Source: Takakia lepidozioides (taxonomy: Eukaryota; Plantae; Bryophyta). From it: a DNA stretch of 64,000 bases. Within the stretch, counting starts at the first letter, position 1; each line of letters opens with the position of its first letter. This document shows, piece by piece, positions 39,199 through 52,400 of the stretch. The DNA lies in assembly GCA_030704615.1 (NCBI GenBank), contig CM060731.1, forward strand, positions 50,902,001-50,966,000. The letters are read 5' to 3'. Below the pieces are notes generated by a model, which did no database searches, was not told the DNA's origin, and saw nothing but the letters and a program-made list of their open reading frames with translations. The position numbers and the translations under genes were made by a program.

Positions 39199-39272
39199 CA
39201 CGCTCTGCAGGATTTGAACCTATGACATCAGGTTTTGGAGACCTGCGTTCCACCGAGCTGAACTAAGAGCGC
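39199..39272 (-). tRNA. trnW-CCA: Plastid-type tRNA-Trp(CCA), nuclear copy (NUPT, probably non-functional)
   Basis: Minus strand GCGCTCTTAGTTCAGCTCGGTGGAACGCAGGTCTCCAAAACCTGATGTCATAGGTTCAAATCCTGCAGAGCGTG: 74 nt, cloverleaf, anticodon CCA. Confidence 0.9.
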
Positions 39273-39464
39273 TTCTTCGCATCACAATTCTTTGAAAGGA
39301 AAAGGGTGATCTTTTTCTATTTATATTCAAAAATATATATTCCGCAAATAGAATATTTGCTTCGAAGTCTTCTTACGATATATGGAATTCGGGGTAGTCA
39401 TTCAGTCGACGATCTCGACATGCAATGAGATTGTTGGAATGTACCTAAATGGCACATGAGAGAG

Positions 39465-39838
39465 GCAGTTACATGGATAGTAAAAGCATGAATATGGTGC
39501 ACCAAAAAGTCTGCCGTTCCTAATGGAATTGGTGATGGAGCTACTTTGCTACCTACTGCGACTAAATCACCACCTCTCCGGGTTAAACTGGTGCTTGTTG
39601 TTGCATCAGGAGTTGTTAAACCAAGTGCTAAAGCATTTTGTACCCATTGAGTAAAAATAGGTTGTAATTGTATAGTAGTATCTGAAAACATGTCTTGGGG
39701 ACATCCCGAAGCACTCATAGTATCGTTATGGATATACAAACCGAAGCTATGGAAATCTGGAAAGATACAAGCCCAGTTAGGGTGTGATATTATTGCATCA
39801 CGGTGTCGAAGAACACGATCTAATAAATTGTTGTATTG
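39465..39838 (-). pseudogene. psaA: Plastid-derived psaA internal fragment (NUPT)
   Basis: [60 protein letters not shown]...[18 protein letters not shown] matches the PsaA sequence as I recall it. Confidence 0.92.
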
Positions 39839-39969
39839 CTCTTGCTTAACACTTCAATTCCCAAGAGATTGAAGCGTCTGAGGCTACATTGACCGAGGGT
39901 ACACGACAGAAGGAATTGTTTTTTTTTAAAACTCACCTTCACTAAGCGTACACTACCACTCTCTTTTTG

Positions 39970-42900
39970 ATATTCGGAGCCACTGGCTACCTCAGGAAAA
40001 TGCTACCTTGGGAAAATCCTACATTTGGGAAAATGTTACCTCTGGAAAATGCTACCTCACTCTATTGCTATATGTACTATTTCCAAACAATTCTACACCA
40101 TGATCTTCACTCTCTATTCTCATTCAAAACAATTCTACACCGTGATCTTCACTCTCTGTTCTCATACAATGACTTTTACAAAATCCATTGCCGTCACTAT
40201 GGTACTCGTCTCCTTTTGGAGGCATATCATCCATCTTCTATCAATTACATCCTATCACAAATCCCACCACACCAGAGACTCTCTGTGCGTGAAACAATTG
40301 GCTCTTACAAAAATCTTCATTACTACTTTCATCCATGTCCCCCCCAATCATACCACTCGTCTTCACATCCCCTTTACCCATAACCGTCACCACACCCAAT
40401 TACAGGACTCTTCATCCGCGCCACTGCCCGAACTCATTCATCCATGGATGCCGTCCACTTATCCTCTTTCCCCCACTCTAGTTAATTATATACTCTCTAC
40501 CCACCATACACCCATATTAAATTTTTACCCCCATCATGAGAGCTCATGTACAACAAACCTCCTTCATGACCCTCAGACGAACCCACACACTAACCCACAG
40601 GCAATACCTTCCCCCACACACACACAAGCAACTAGCTCCACTAGTACCCACTATGCTAACACCAACTCTACCCCCCTCATACACTTTCTCCACAACTACC
40701 CCCTACGCACCCCCACCCCTCACCCCCTCAAAATCCAACTTATAACCCACTGCCCACATGGATGATATCGCTAGAGACCCATTGCATCCAAACACTCCTC
40801 TCACCATCCACCATCCCACTTTAAGTCCTATCTACTTGCCTATGAAACGCTTACAGTACTTCGCTGCGGCGACATTCACCCAAACCCAGGCCCCTATACC
40901 ATCACTAGCATCATCAACAAGCTTCCAAAGGATCATAAAGACAGAGCTACTCTCTGTAATCTAACAGGCATTCACTTTTTTGCCTCTGTTGTCCCACCAT
41001 TGACTGGGGTCAGAAAAGTTCATTCCACAGCTTCTCCTCATTTCTGTTACCTGTTTATGGATACTTTTTTATTGTCACTTTGGCAGTATCATGTCAAAGT
41101 CACTCCAAACTATCTACCATCTACCCATGACCATCTACCCATGCAGGTTTCTTGTAGCTATCCTTCCACATGGAATCATCGGTAATCTGGAGCTTGAAAT
41201 CCGGCTTTCTTGGATGATCTGGACCCACACTCTATCGCTGCTCCTTCAACTATCCATGCCTCTGCACAGATCATTTCCAAACAGTCACTGTCACGCTCGT
41301 GCCTGCATATCAACACTTTAATGACCACTTCTCTCCCTTTCTCCCTAACCCTCCTACCAATAACCGTAAACCCACGCACCCAACTGCCACCTTTGGGCTC
41401 CCTACCTGCGAACACCCATCCCTAGTCACTGCTACCCATAAACTTAATACATACCCCCCCACAACACCTACTACTCTCACTAATCGTTGTCATCTATCCA
41501 ATCCCCTCAATATGCAATGACTACTTTAGAACACAACTCGACATACACATACGTTTGCTACTACAACAACTGCATGAGCTACCCACACTACCTACACAAT
41601 CTCCACGAATCCCTTGACCTACTATAAGCCAAGCCTGGAGTAGTTCACAAGATTCTTGGCAAACACCTAGCGCACCCAGCTGCTACCATACACGAGCTAG
41701 ATACTCTCACCAACAAATTCCCATTCATTCATTCTCACTACAACCCTCCATGCCAAGACATGCATCATTGGATATCAACCCCCTCCCATGATACCGCCAC
41801 CAGTCATTATACCTTGCTTGCCCAGCCACACCAATGACCCACCCCCAACACCCCCTAGACCCAACAGTCCCCCACACGCCCCTTCCTCCCAACAAGCACA
41901 CACACTCAACATACTCACCTGGAATGTAGGGTCACTTGCTACCAGCATTCAAAGCCTTATCCATCTAATGGACTCTACACCTCCGCATATCATTCTATTA
42001 CAAGAAACTAAACTCAACACACACGGCCCTAACAACTCCTACATCAACAATCTCCTTCCAACCTACTATTTGCTATATGGCAGTTCCTTCACAGCCGCAC
42101 AATGCCTACTTAGACGCTCCGCGCCATATCATCCCACTCGGGGCTGAGTGACTTTTGGTATCCTTCGCACACATCACTCCCCTAGCACCACGGTCAAAAT
42201 ACCTGTTGCTCTCTCCCTCCGATCACACCTTCAAATCAACAAGCTACACCTCCCCGCTATCCCTCCCATTATCCTTATCCACTTGTACATGCCCTCACAT
42301 GCCGAAGATCTCCCCCTGATCCCTGATATCCTACTCACCATCTATAACACACTCACACAACCCTCCAACCAATCCCAACACTACATCCTAGCAGGCGATT
42401 TCAACATGGACATTGCCCTCATGGGCCACACATACAATGGTGTACACAAACCTCTGTCCCCCGTTGACCATGAATGGGCAAAATTCACTCACTCACACCA
42501 CCTTCGTTATAAACCGGCCGATCACCATTACTCTAGACAATGTGGACTTAATTACTCATCCCTCAGTCTTCTTGATGGTTTCTACTTCAAGACACAAAAT
42601 GACATCCCCTCATACCTCAACAGTCATGTACACATTAATAGTTTATGCAACTTAGACCATTATCCCGTCTCAGTCACCATCCCAGCATCCATCATCTCCT
42701 TTCGACTTATCCTACCCATACATGTTCCACCGCCGCAATCTAGAATCTTATCCCCACTTCTCCACAATAACATAATCGTCTTTTTAAAACACTTCCACCC
42801 AACATCCTTACACCTCATGCTAAGACTCTCCGATATACTCTCCGAAGCAAACTTCGCGCAGTCCCCTGACAAAAAAATGGAGCGACGCCGAAACCATACT

Positions 42901-45900
42901 CACAACTTCAATGCAAGAAATAACCAAAAGTGTGATTGTCACCTACTCTGCCCCCCCTGAAATCCCACAAACTGCACGCTCAACAAAATGGTGGCTACCT
43001 TACCCGTACTAAAAAACGTATGGACGCATCCGTACGTACCCTAACAACGTACTCCAAAATGGACAGCTGCTCTCTCCAAAGTTGGCAGAGATGCCAAAAA
43101 AACCGTTTACAATATTACCAAACAAAAAGCCGTCGACAATCACAAAAAATTCGTCTCCTCTTTTAACCAATTGCTACGCAATCACCTCAAAAAAACTCAC
43201 AAAGCCATCTTTAACCTTGCCCTCAACCCACCCATTGACTATCTCAAACACAGACACGGCCACTTGCTAACCAATCCAGCAGACATCAACCAAGAAATAT
43301 GGTCACAAACATCCTCAACATACATACCTGCAGTTCCAAACTGCTTACATCCCCGTCTCCACTCTGCCAATTGCATGTGTAAAGCTAAACACTATCTGTG
43401 GCATGATATAGATGGCTTCTCGATTGACAATAGAGGATCCCCAACGGATCGCATCATAGACCTATTCACAATTGATTTTTACGAATCATGACTCAAAAAA
43501 CTATCAAAATCTAAAGCCCCAGGCCCCAATCTTATACCCAATGCTATACTTCAAGCATTAAACCCTCAACTTCACTACCTCATTTTTAAATTCTTTCAAC
43601 TCTGTTACAAACTAAAACGAATCCCACACTCCTGGAAACACAGTCGGACCATTCTACTCTTCAAAAAAGGTGATCCTATAGATCTCAGTAATTACAGACC
43701 AATAGCACTGGCTAACACCATATACAAGCTATTCACCAGTACGCTCACCACAATGATATCAAGATATGGCGAGCAACACCAAATTCTCAGTGACCCCCAA
43801 GAAGAATTCCGAGCTACACGTAGTACAACACGACAAATACAATATGTTCTCTCCGCACTTGAAGATGCTAAACTTACAAAGCAAGACATCTATCTTCTAT
43901 ATATCGATTTTAAAAATGCCTTCGGCTCCCTAGACCATGCCAGATTACTTGCTATCATGCTTGATCTTGGGTACCCCACCGATGCCGTCCAACTAATAGG
44001 AAACATCTACACAAACAACACTACTGAATACTTTGGCACAAACTATGGCTCCATCCCGCCTATCCCCATCCTTCATGGAACTATCCAGGGTGACACTTGA
44101 AGCCCCTACTTATTCATTATATTCCTAGAACCCCTACTTCGATGGCTAGCTCGAGGCAAGCTTGGCTATCACTACAAAACCTCCTCAAGTGACATCTCAG
44201 TTGCAGCATATGCAGACGACCTAGCCATCCTGGCACGTAAACCACAACACCTCAACCGACAAGTTAATAAACTACTCAGATTCAACCTATGGTCAGGCAT
44301 GGAACTCAGCTTACACAAGTGCGCCATCACAGCCGCCACACATCATAGTCGGCTCACCAAAACTGCCATAGCCTCACATTGTAAACTCTATGTACACTAC
44401 CTAAACACACCCTTCCCCTTCCTAGGACGAGACGAGCCATACACTTACTTAGGCATACAACTCGTTCCCTCCCTTACATGACATATCCAAAAAGAATCTA
44501 CATCATCCAAACTCACTACCAAAAGTATTGCTCTGCTCAAATCCCCAATTGTCATTCGACCAAAACTATCAATCATTCAATCAGTACTACAAACCCAAAT
44601 TCAATACTCGTTCCACGCCGCACCCTTCTCCTTATCAGACATCAAAAAACTTGATAAAAGTATTATCCAACTAACAAAACGTGTATGTGGTCTACCAACT
44701 AGCACCCCCAATGTCCTCACACAACTACCTACGGACCACTACGACATTGATCGAGCCCATTAATCATCTCATATGCTTGCACATTGGGCACCCAATTAAA
44801 AGAAGCACTCAACGATCCTGGGCGTCTAAGTATCATTTATCAGGGACTTCTCAAATACCTTGCATCTAAATACAATGGCCTCTACTCATTATCATCCCTG
44901 CACCCACAAGCCTACCTACACTCCCCCACTGCACGCACACTACTTATCCTACGCCAAATGAAAATTAGCATACAAACTGATCTGCCTGACTATCCTAACA
45001 CCTCATCACCCTTAGAACGCGCATGACTTACAAGCCCTTCTGTATCACAATTTGACATTTCTTATTCCAAACAAAAGGTCATCATCCTCACATTTTCAAA
45101 GAACGACACATCACCACCCTCACCCAACTTACCACCGCCACTGGCCATAGACTTTTAAAACCTAGCGAATTCACTCTTAAATGCTCCCGAGCCACGACCA
45201 AAACCAATCGCTACCACGAGAAGAAAAACGCGAAATAACCACTGACCCTTTAACCACTACTGTCTTTTCCCACTCTATAAACCACTAGTAACCATTTGTC
45301 AGTGGTTGATCCTGATGAAATGCTACGGTGGCATCACAGACAATGGTTGGAAGTGGTTTCAACCACTCAGTAGTCCACGTGTAATAATTTATTTTTATTT
45401 TTTATTTGATAATATATTTGAGTTAATAAATATAATATTCCACGTGGACGGGTGCAGTGAAACATTGTGAGTGGTTATAGTCACCTCAGAGATGGGAAGT
45501 GGTTGAAACCACTTGCTACTCCACGTGTAATAATTCAAATTTTATTTATGATTTATGATTGAAAATATATTTTAATCAATAAATATAATATTCCACGTGG
45601 ACGGGGACAGTGCACGTTGATCTTGAGTGGTTAAAGACACCTCTTTGATTTGTACCACTTTGACAATGGTAGAGAGTGGGTGGTGAAAGACACTGCAGTA
45701 ATTGGAACCACAATTCTAGTGGTCACTCATGAGTGGTTGCTTACACAATAGTGGTACCACTTTTGTGGTGATACATGAAAAACTTTAAGTGGTTTGTGCA
45801 CATGTGACAGACTTTATAAAACAGACAAGTGTCCAGACCATTGTAGGATGATGCTATTGAACAAATGGTTCCAACAAGAAACTTTATTCTGAATCTGAAT

Positions 45901-48900
45901 CATAGTCCTCACTCTCCGAATCATTTTCCTCAACTGGAATAGCGGTTGGTTATACAAATGCCGCTTGAATGGTATCCAATATAGCCAGCTCTTCTTTATT
46001 TAGAGCCATGACACCATCTAATGACCTAGGCCAGTATTGGCTAATCTAATAAGATAAATCTGCATTTTCTCCAATGTCCCATTGATCTACGCTCGCCACA
46101 ATCCTTTTTGCTCTTGGATCCTTCTGAAGGACTACCTTCCACTCCGAACTTGGGAACTCATCCGAAAAGAACACATAATTCAACTTGAGATGGAAAGATG
46201 AACAACTCTTCATTTCGGGTAACATCCTCCCAAAATTCGCAAGTAGAAAATCATAAGAATCTCGCTTCATTGTAGCATTTTGTCCAATGAGGTTGGCCCT
46301 CACCCAAACAGAATGAAATACAATGGGGTGCACTCGTCCATAATCCAGTTTCACGATCTCTTTGATGATCCCAACGTACTCTAATGGTGACATGACTGGA
46401 TTTCTATTATGCACACCTCATTGATTTGTACCACTTTGACAGGGTGGAGAGTGGGTGGTGAAAGACACTGCAATAATTGGAACCACTATTCCAGTGGTCG
46501 CTAATGAATGGTTGCCTACACAATAGTGATTGGTATCACTTCTGTGGTGAAGAAGACGACCTCTTCGGCCTACATGACGATTGTGACCCCGAACACAATC
46601 TTGCCCTCCTTACCACCTTCCATAAACAAACCAACACCAACTATCTAATACACATGCACCAACAACACACCACTCTCGCCCAACCTACAGATAACAGATA
46701 TATACACCAACCACTCTATGCCCCCAATGTGCACATCTGCATAACTGAATGTAATCCTAACAAAGATATCAAGCATGATCAACCTCTAATCCATATGGGC
46801 CCCCGCCTTTCCAACATTTACGCTCAACATATGGCCGCTTCATTGGCCTCATCCCCAATACAAAACAACGTGGCTCTGGGAGAAATACTCTACTACTACC
46901 TCATCCCCACAATCGCTACAACCCCCGAAACAAGACTTTGCTACCGGATTATATTGGCTGGTTGATCGCTACCTCAAAGTCACTCCCCCCAAGATACCGC
47001 GGTCCCTCACTAAATTGGAAACAACATGTGCGCACCATACTATACCCCAAGATATTCTCTCCTTACTTATCAACACATTCCAGCTTACTCACTTATATTA
47101 CTCCAACCCACTGACATGCCCTATGACATTGCCCACATTCTCTAGCCTGCACCATAGAGACTGTATCTTTGGAGCCATTGGTACTGCCACCCAACACACC
47201 CGGGAAGGCCGGGGCTTTGCCCACCCTCCACCTGGTTCTCCTTCTTACGCAGCTCTTCAATGGGCAAAACTTGTTGCGCACTCCTCTCCTACTGTATCCA
47301 CAATCCTCATCCTCACACAACAAAACACTCCTAATATCTCTCACCCTCTTCTAAAACTCCCAAAAGGGGTCAATCTACTTGTCACAATTGACCCAAACCA
47401 GCTTAAGTATATTTCACACCCCTCCTCTTCCCAAATATCTCAAACGGAAGGAACCCACCCTAACCCTGATTCTACACATCCAAACCCCCGGCATATAGCC
47501 ATACCGCTATCTTTTTTTTCTCAACTCGAACAATTACTCACCATCACTCTTAAAATAAAGGCCACCATCCATTATCCAACCATCATCTCCCACACCCATA
47601 CATCCACCACATTGTCCTGGATCAAAACCAACAAAGCTTGGAACACTGCGACACCACGACCTTCCCAGGTTGCGACAACAACACCTCTATCCCCAATCCC
47701 TGTAATATATCAACAACACCTCTATCCCCAATCCCTATAATATATCAACAAAACACCATCCCCAAATACCCACTGGGCAATTCACATTACACTGACGGAT
47801 CCCTCACCAAACTAATGCAGGGTATGGAATCTACCACGCCGGCACCAGTAAAGGCGTTGCCCTCAGGCTCCCTGGCCCTGCCACTATCCTCCGGGCTGAG
47901 CTCATGACCATTTATGATGCCCTCTCTCTACTTGACACCCCCCCCCCCTCACTACATCTTCACCGACAGCCTTACCTCACTATTCCTCATTCGCAACCAC
48001 ATCTCCCACCCTGCCCATCATCATCACCCCGACCGCAACCTCATTGCCGCTATTGTCCAGAGGGCCATCTCCCTAGGCCACCCAGTCCATATACTCAAAG
48101 TACGTTCGCATACTGGCATCCATGGTAATGAAGAAGCAGACATACTCGCCCAACTCGGCGCCTCCCAACCCATAGTTGAACCCTCGATCGACCCTATTCA
48201 CATCGCCCACACCCATCCCTTCTGGTTCATACACCCCGTTCCGGAACCCCCTGTACCCAGACTAGTCCAAAACCTCCTGACCACTCTGACCAGAGAAGCA
48301 AATAAACAAGCGGCAACCTCCATCAGCCATATCAAAGTACACATCCAAAAATGGACTCAATCCAATGTTCTGCACCATAAACTCTACAATCATTTCTGGC
48401 TAACCAAAGCCACTACCGACGCACAAATCCGACAAACACTCAAATTTCGATATGCCCAATACATAGGCCACCAGTGCAAACACATCTTCTGGCCACATCT
48501 GTTCCCATCCCCATACTGCCCGTTATGTGCAACCACCCACCAAGCTCGTGACACTTGGCCACATCTCCTCAGCCAATGTACACACCCAGTTATATATGAC
48601 TTGCATATCACGCATCATAACCAAGTAGACTGGCACCTCCATAAGCTCTTTCTAAAACGTGCTGAAACACGTTGATTCTCGCTCATGAATGCAGGCACCT
48701 ACCAAGGACGGCCACCCCACCACACAGTACTACCATGGCTACTACAATGCATATGTACCCGATCACCACGCTCGTGCCCGGCTCGACTTTGCCTGGACAT
48801 ACTCCTCATCCAAGGTCTACCTATCAACACTTTACCCCCCACCTCACCATCCCCACAACTCACCATCCATTTCATTGAATTCACATTTTGCCATGATCGT

Positions 48901-49360
48901 TATCTAAACGATTCAATCTTAGAAAAACGTCAAAAATATGCCCCGCTTATCCTTGCACTCCAAAAGCATGGCTGGAAAACCGGCTCGTTAACTGTCATCA
49001 TAGCCGACACTCAAGGTGGCATTCATAACGCCAGTATCACGGACATACACGATAACTTCCAAATTCCCATTCTTCCCTTCCACAAATGTTTCAAAGAAAT
49101 CCATCTCACGGCACTCCGTTCACTCACAGTTATTATCACCAACAAACGCCAACTGGAATCCGGCACTTCAAACGCACCTTAGGTCCCCCAAGATACCCCT
49201 GGCTACCTAGGAGTACCCTCGCCCCCTCTATTCTTAGCGGTCACCTGGTGTCCCCCTAGACACTTTTTGTTATAGGGCCCACCCCCGAAAGGGGGCAGTA
49301 GCCGCAAGGCGAAGTGGCTCTTAGTTACGGCGGCCTCGGCCGGAGTCTTCTCTCTCTCAC
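39970..49360 (+). mobile_element. Decayed non-LTR retrotransposon with APE, RT, RNase H, Cys/His motif and restriction-like endonuclease (Dualen/RandI-like)
   Basis: APE: LNILTWNVGSL, IILLQET, ILAGDFN, LDHYPV (41905-42670). RT: KAPGP, NYRPIAL, YIDFKNAFGSLDH, GTIQGD, AYADDL (43500-44480). RNase H: YTDGS, RAEL, IFTDS, KVRSHTGIHGNEEAD (47785-48160). CPLC..DTWPHLLSQC..HN, then DILLI..IHFIEFTFCHD..KRQKY (48500-49180). Many stops and frameshifts; the 5' boundary is approximate. Confidence 0.85.
45210..46551 (-). mobile_element. CACTA/En-Spm fragment inserted in the LINE
   Basis: AT-rich block that interrupts the C/A-rich LINE strand and carries many ACCACT/AGTGGT subterminal-type motifs. ORF 46414-46046 (EYVGIIKEIVKLDYG..IVFHSVWV..KRDSYDFLLANF..VFFSDE..WKVVL) resembles the C-terminal DUF4216 region of CACTA transposases. 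Boundaries are approximate. Confidence 0.7.
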
Positions 49361-49409
49361 TCCATATCGCATGTGGTCAGGACCATTGACCCACTGATCA
49401 CAAGTAGCA

Positions 49410-52400
49410 TCATATGTAAAGTTCTCCAGTGTAAAAATTTTTTTGGCCACACATGCCTACCACAAGATGCAAGTGGTTATCCAGCGAAGAACATAACTTG
49501 TTCTTCAAGAAGGATAGGGACGAGAAACATCGTTCGTCTTCAATGCTCCCCAAGACATGAACAGCTACGATCTCTACAAGCCTCATGTATTCTTGGATTG
49601 AGTGTGTGAGCACTTTGGATGCACTTATGACCCTTATCCAGAGTTGGGTAAGAGGATTAAGATCGAATGGTGGCTCCATGGTAGTTCTGGCATTGCTTTG
49701 CATGCACAGTTTATACATGCCTTGCTTAGAATCGAGATTCCACCGATCAAGTAATCCAGTGACTGACACCTCTTTGTCACCAGACTTAACCTTGCAAGAC
49801 TCAGTAGTAAGACCTTTGTGAGACTTGAGGATCTCTATGTGTTTAGAGAAACTTTCCTCACACCCACTTTGGCATCCAATATTGAGGATAGATGATGCCA
49901 AGGCCATCAAGCACAAACTGCTCATGAAATCGATCCTATAATTCGGCAATGAATTGAGCCACTGCACCTGTCACAAGCCATGTACTTTTATAAAAAGATA
50001 TACAGATTTGCACTTGCCACAATCTATGTGACTTTTAAATGATAATTAAAAGGTTCACAATGCATGAAAGAGAGTATAGTTGTAGAACAATAGTAGTTCT
50101 CTACGATCTAGACAATTGACTTTCAAGAGCCTGAGGAGCCAAGTTATTAAAATGCAGACCCCCCAACATTCCCGAGACCAACTCCGCCTCCGACTCTAGA
50201 GCCAACAAACTCCGACCTGAGATCTTCGCCGCTGTCATCGACGCACCTACAAAAAGATTAGACCAATGTTAAACAACACACCATTACAATTAAAGGACGT
50301 CCATGAGATTAGAATTGTGAACATTCACACACGTTGACCTGTTCCTGCCGTCAGGTCAATAACACAACCACCCAAAGGAGAGCAGGTCTCCAAAATAGCT
50401 TTAATGAAATTAGGGCTCTTCTCCTTGGAACCACGCCACTAGATAGAAGATCTTCCCTTACACTTCAGTACTTGAGTGGGAACATGATTGAAAAGAACGT
50501 TGTTTATGCATTAGTCACTTAATACTTGAGCACTCCAATTTGACTTTTGCAACAAGGGCATGAGAAGAGTCTCGTGATACACCCGGCTCCTCAGTAGTCT
50601 CTGCATCAACATGAACAGCCCACATTTTCTCCCCGTTTACCTTGAAGGCAAGTTGCTCGGTATTGTCATTGAGGTGCCACCCACTTGAGGTGTATCTGCT
50701 CATGGCTGCAATCCAACAGGCCTTTAACCCAAAACTCATCATTGGAGAAGCAAGTGGATTGGTCATTATACAATGTGTAAAGCTGCCCTAGGCAAACTTT
50801 TAGAGCTGCAACGTCAAAATCACAAATGAACACGTCTATCTGTTGTGCAAACTGTACCAAACAGTCAATGCACTTTAGCAGAGGCAAGATGCAACACATG
50901 CCAAGCAAGCAGTAAGGATCTTTTGTCTTTTGAAACGAGTAGAAGTGTCTGCAATAAAATGTAGAATCAAAATATTAGCCTTCACCGAAATTTATCAATA
51001 TAATTAAATCAAAATACTTACCTTTACGGAAACAAATCGAAACACATGAGATTCCATTGGTTGCTTACCTTTGCCGGCTGGTTCTCTTTCATGTCAAACC
51101 ATCATCTTTGCTAAGAATAATGCAGACATAAGTCTTTTCAAAGGTTCCAGCATTAACGAAATTTATCTCATCTTTACATTTTTGAGCATCTTGAGGCCTT
51201 TCGTTTCCACAAGTTTAGTGAACTCATTGCGCCGCTTGGGACTATGAGTGAAGTAACCACTCTGTAGTAGAGATTCTATGCTACTTACTATACCCAACCC
51301 AGCCAAAGTTTTGAATGCCAGATTCTCGAGGGGCCAGTCTCTATATCTTTTATACAGCAGGTGCGGAAAAATGGTGGGGGTTTATTTTTATTTTGGTCTT
51401 TATCGGCCACCGTATACTTACATAGTTTTGTAAAATGCTGGATTTTCTGACAGGCTATGTTAATTATATTTTACTGCTGCTAGCAAATTTCAGGCACGCT
51501 ATAGTAGCAACACAATAAAATATATTTTTTATAGTAAAAAATAGTTCATTATCCCATCAACCAGTCTCTATTCGCAGGCTCTACGAGCCCACCCTGAACC
51601 TTCCCATTGCCATGTAGAAGAGCTGGAGGTAGAATTGCAAGCAAGTAATTGATGTAAGATTGCAGCGTCACATATCATCATCATTCGGTATATGCATACC
51701 CGCCATTTTGGCCATTTTAGCCGCATGGCATGCTAAACAGCGTTCATATCAATTGGATTGTATCGTAGTAGAACTACAATTTTGTTGTAAGATTATGTGG
51801 TTTCCAAGCCCGTTGAACATGAAAATTCATCAGGTCCTGCCTAATAAGCTTGTTGCTGTCAAGTTTGGAAGAAATCTCCAGAGCTTCTGGAGTTAGTGGT
51901 GGTAGGGATGCAACAGACAAGCTATATAAATTGGATACCGAAGCATACCAACAGGTCTTTAAATCAGTTGCTTTGAGTCTAACAGATGATGTGAGGGCAC
52001 GAACTGACAACACTTGGGGTGAAGAAGTTATAGCCTTGTCAAGAAGATTGTCAGCAAGCTATTTTGGGCATCGGTGGCATTCAAGCTGTAAGCATTCTGA
52101 ACTTTGTCAAAAGTCATAATTACTGAACTAATGATTGAATCTATGCCTGTCCATTTATTATCTGTTACATCATACTTGAATTTAAGGTACTCTCTAGATT
52201 TGCGACCAAGTGCCGTCAACAGTTCAAGTCCCCAAATCCAAGTCTAGCCCACATGATAAACCAGTAACTAAATGACACGTGTCCTAGGTCTTTATCATGA
52301 CCCTATTGGTAGTTGTAAACTAATAAAAATAAAATCTATATTCCAGACCCAATATATATATATTTGGAAACTTGGGAGCGACAGCCCACAATTCAGGCCC

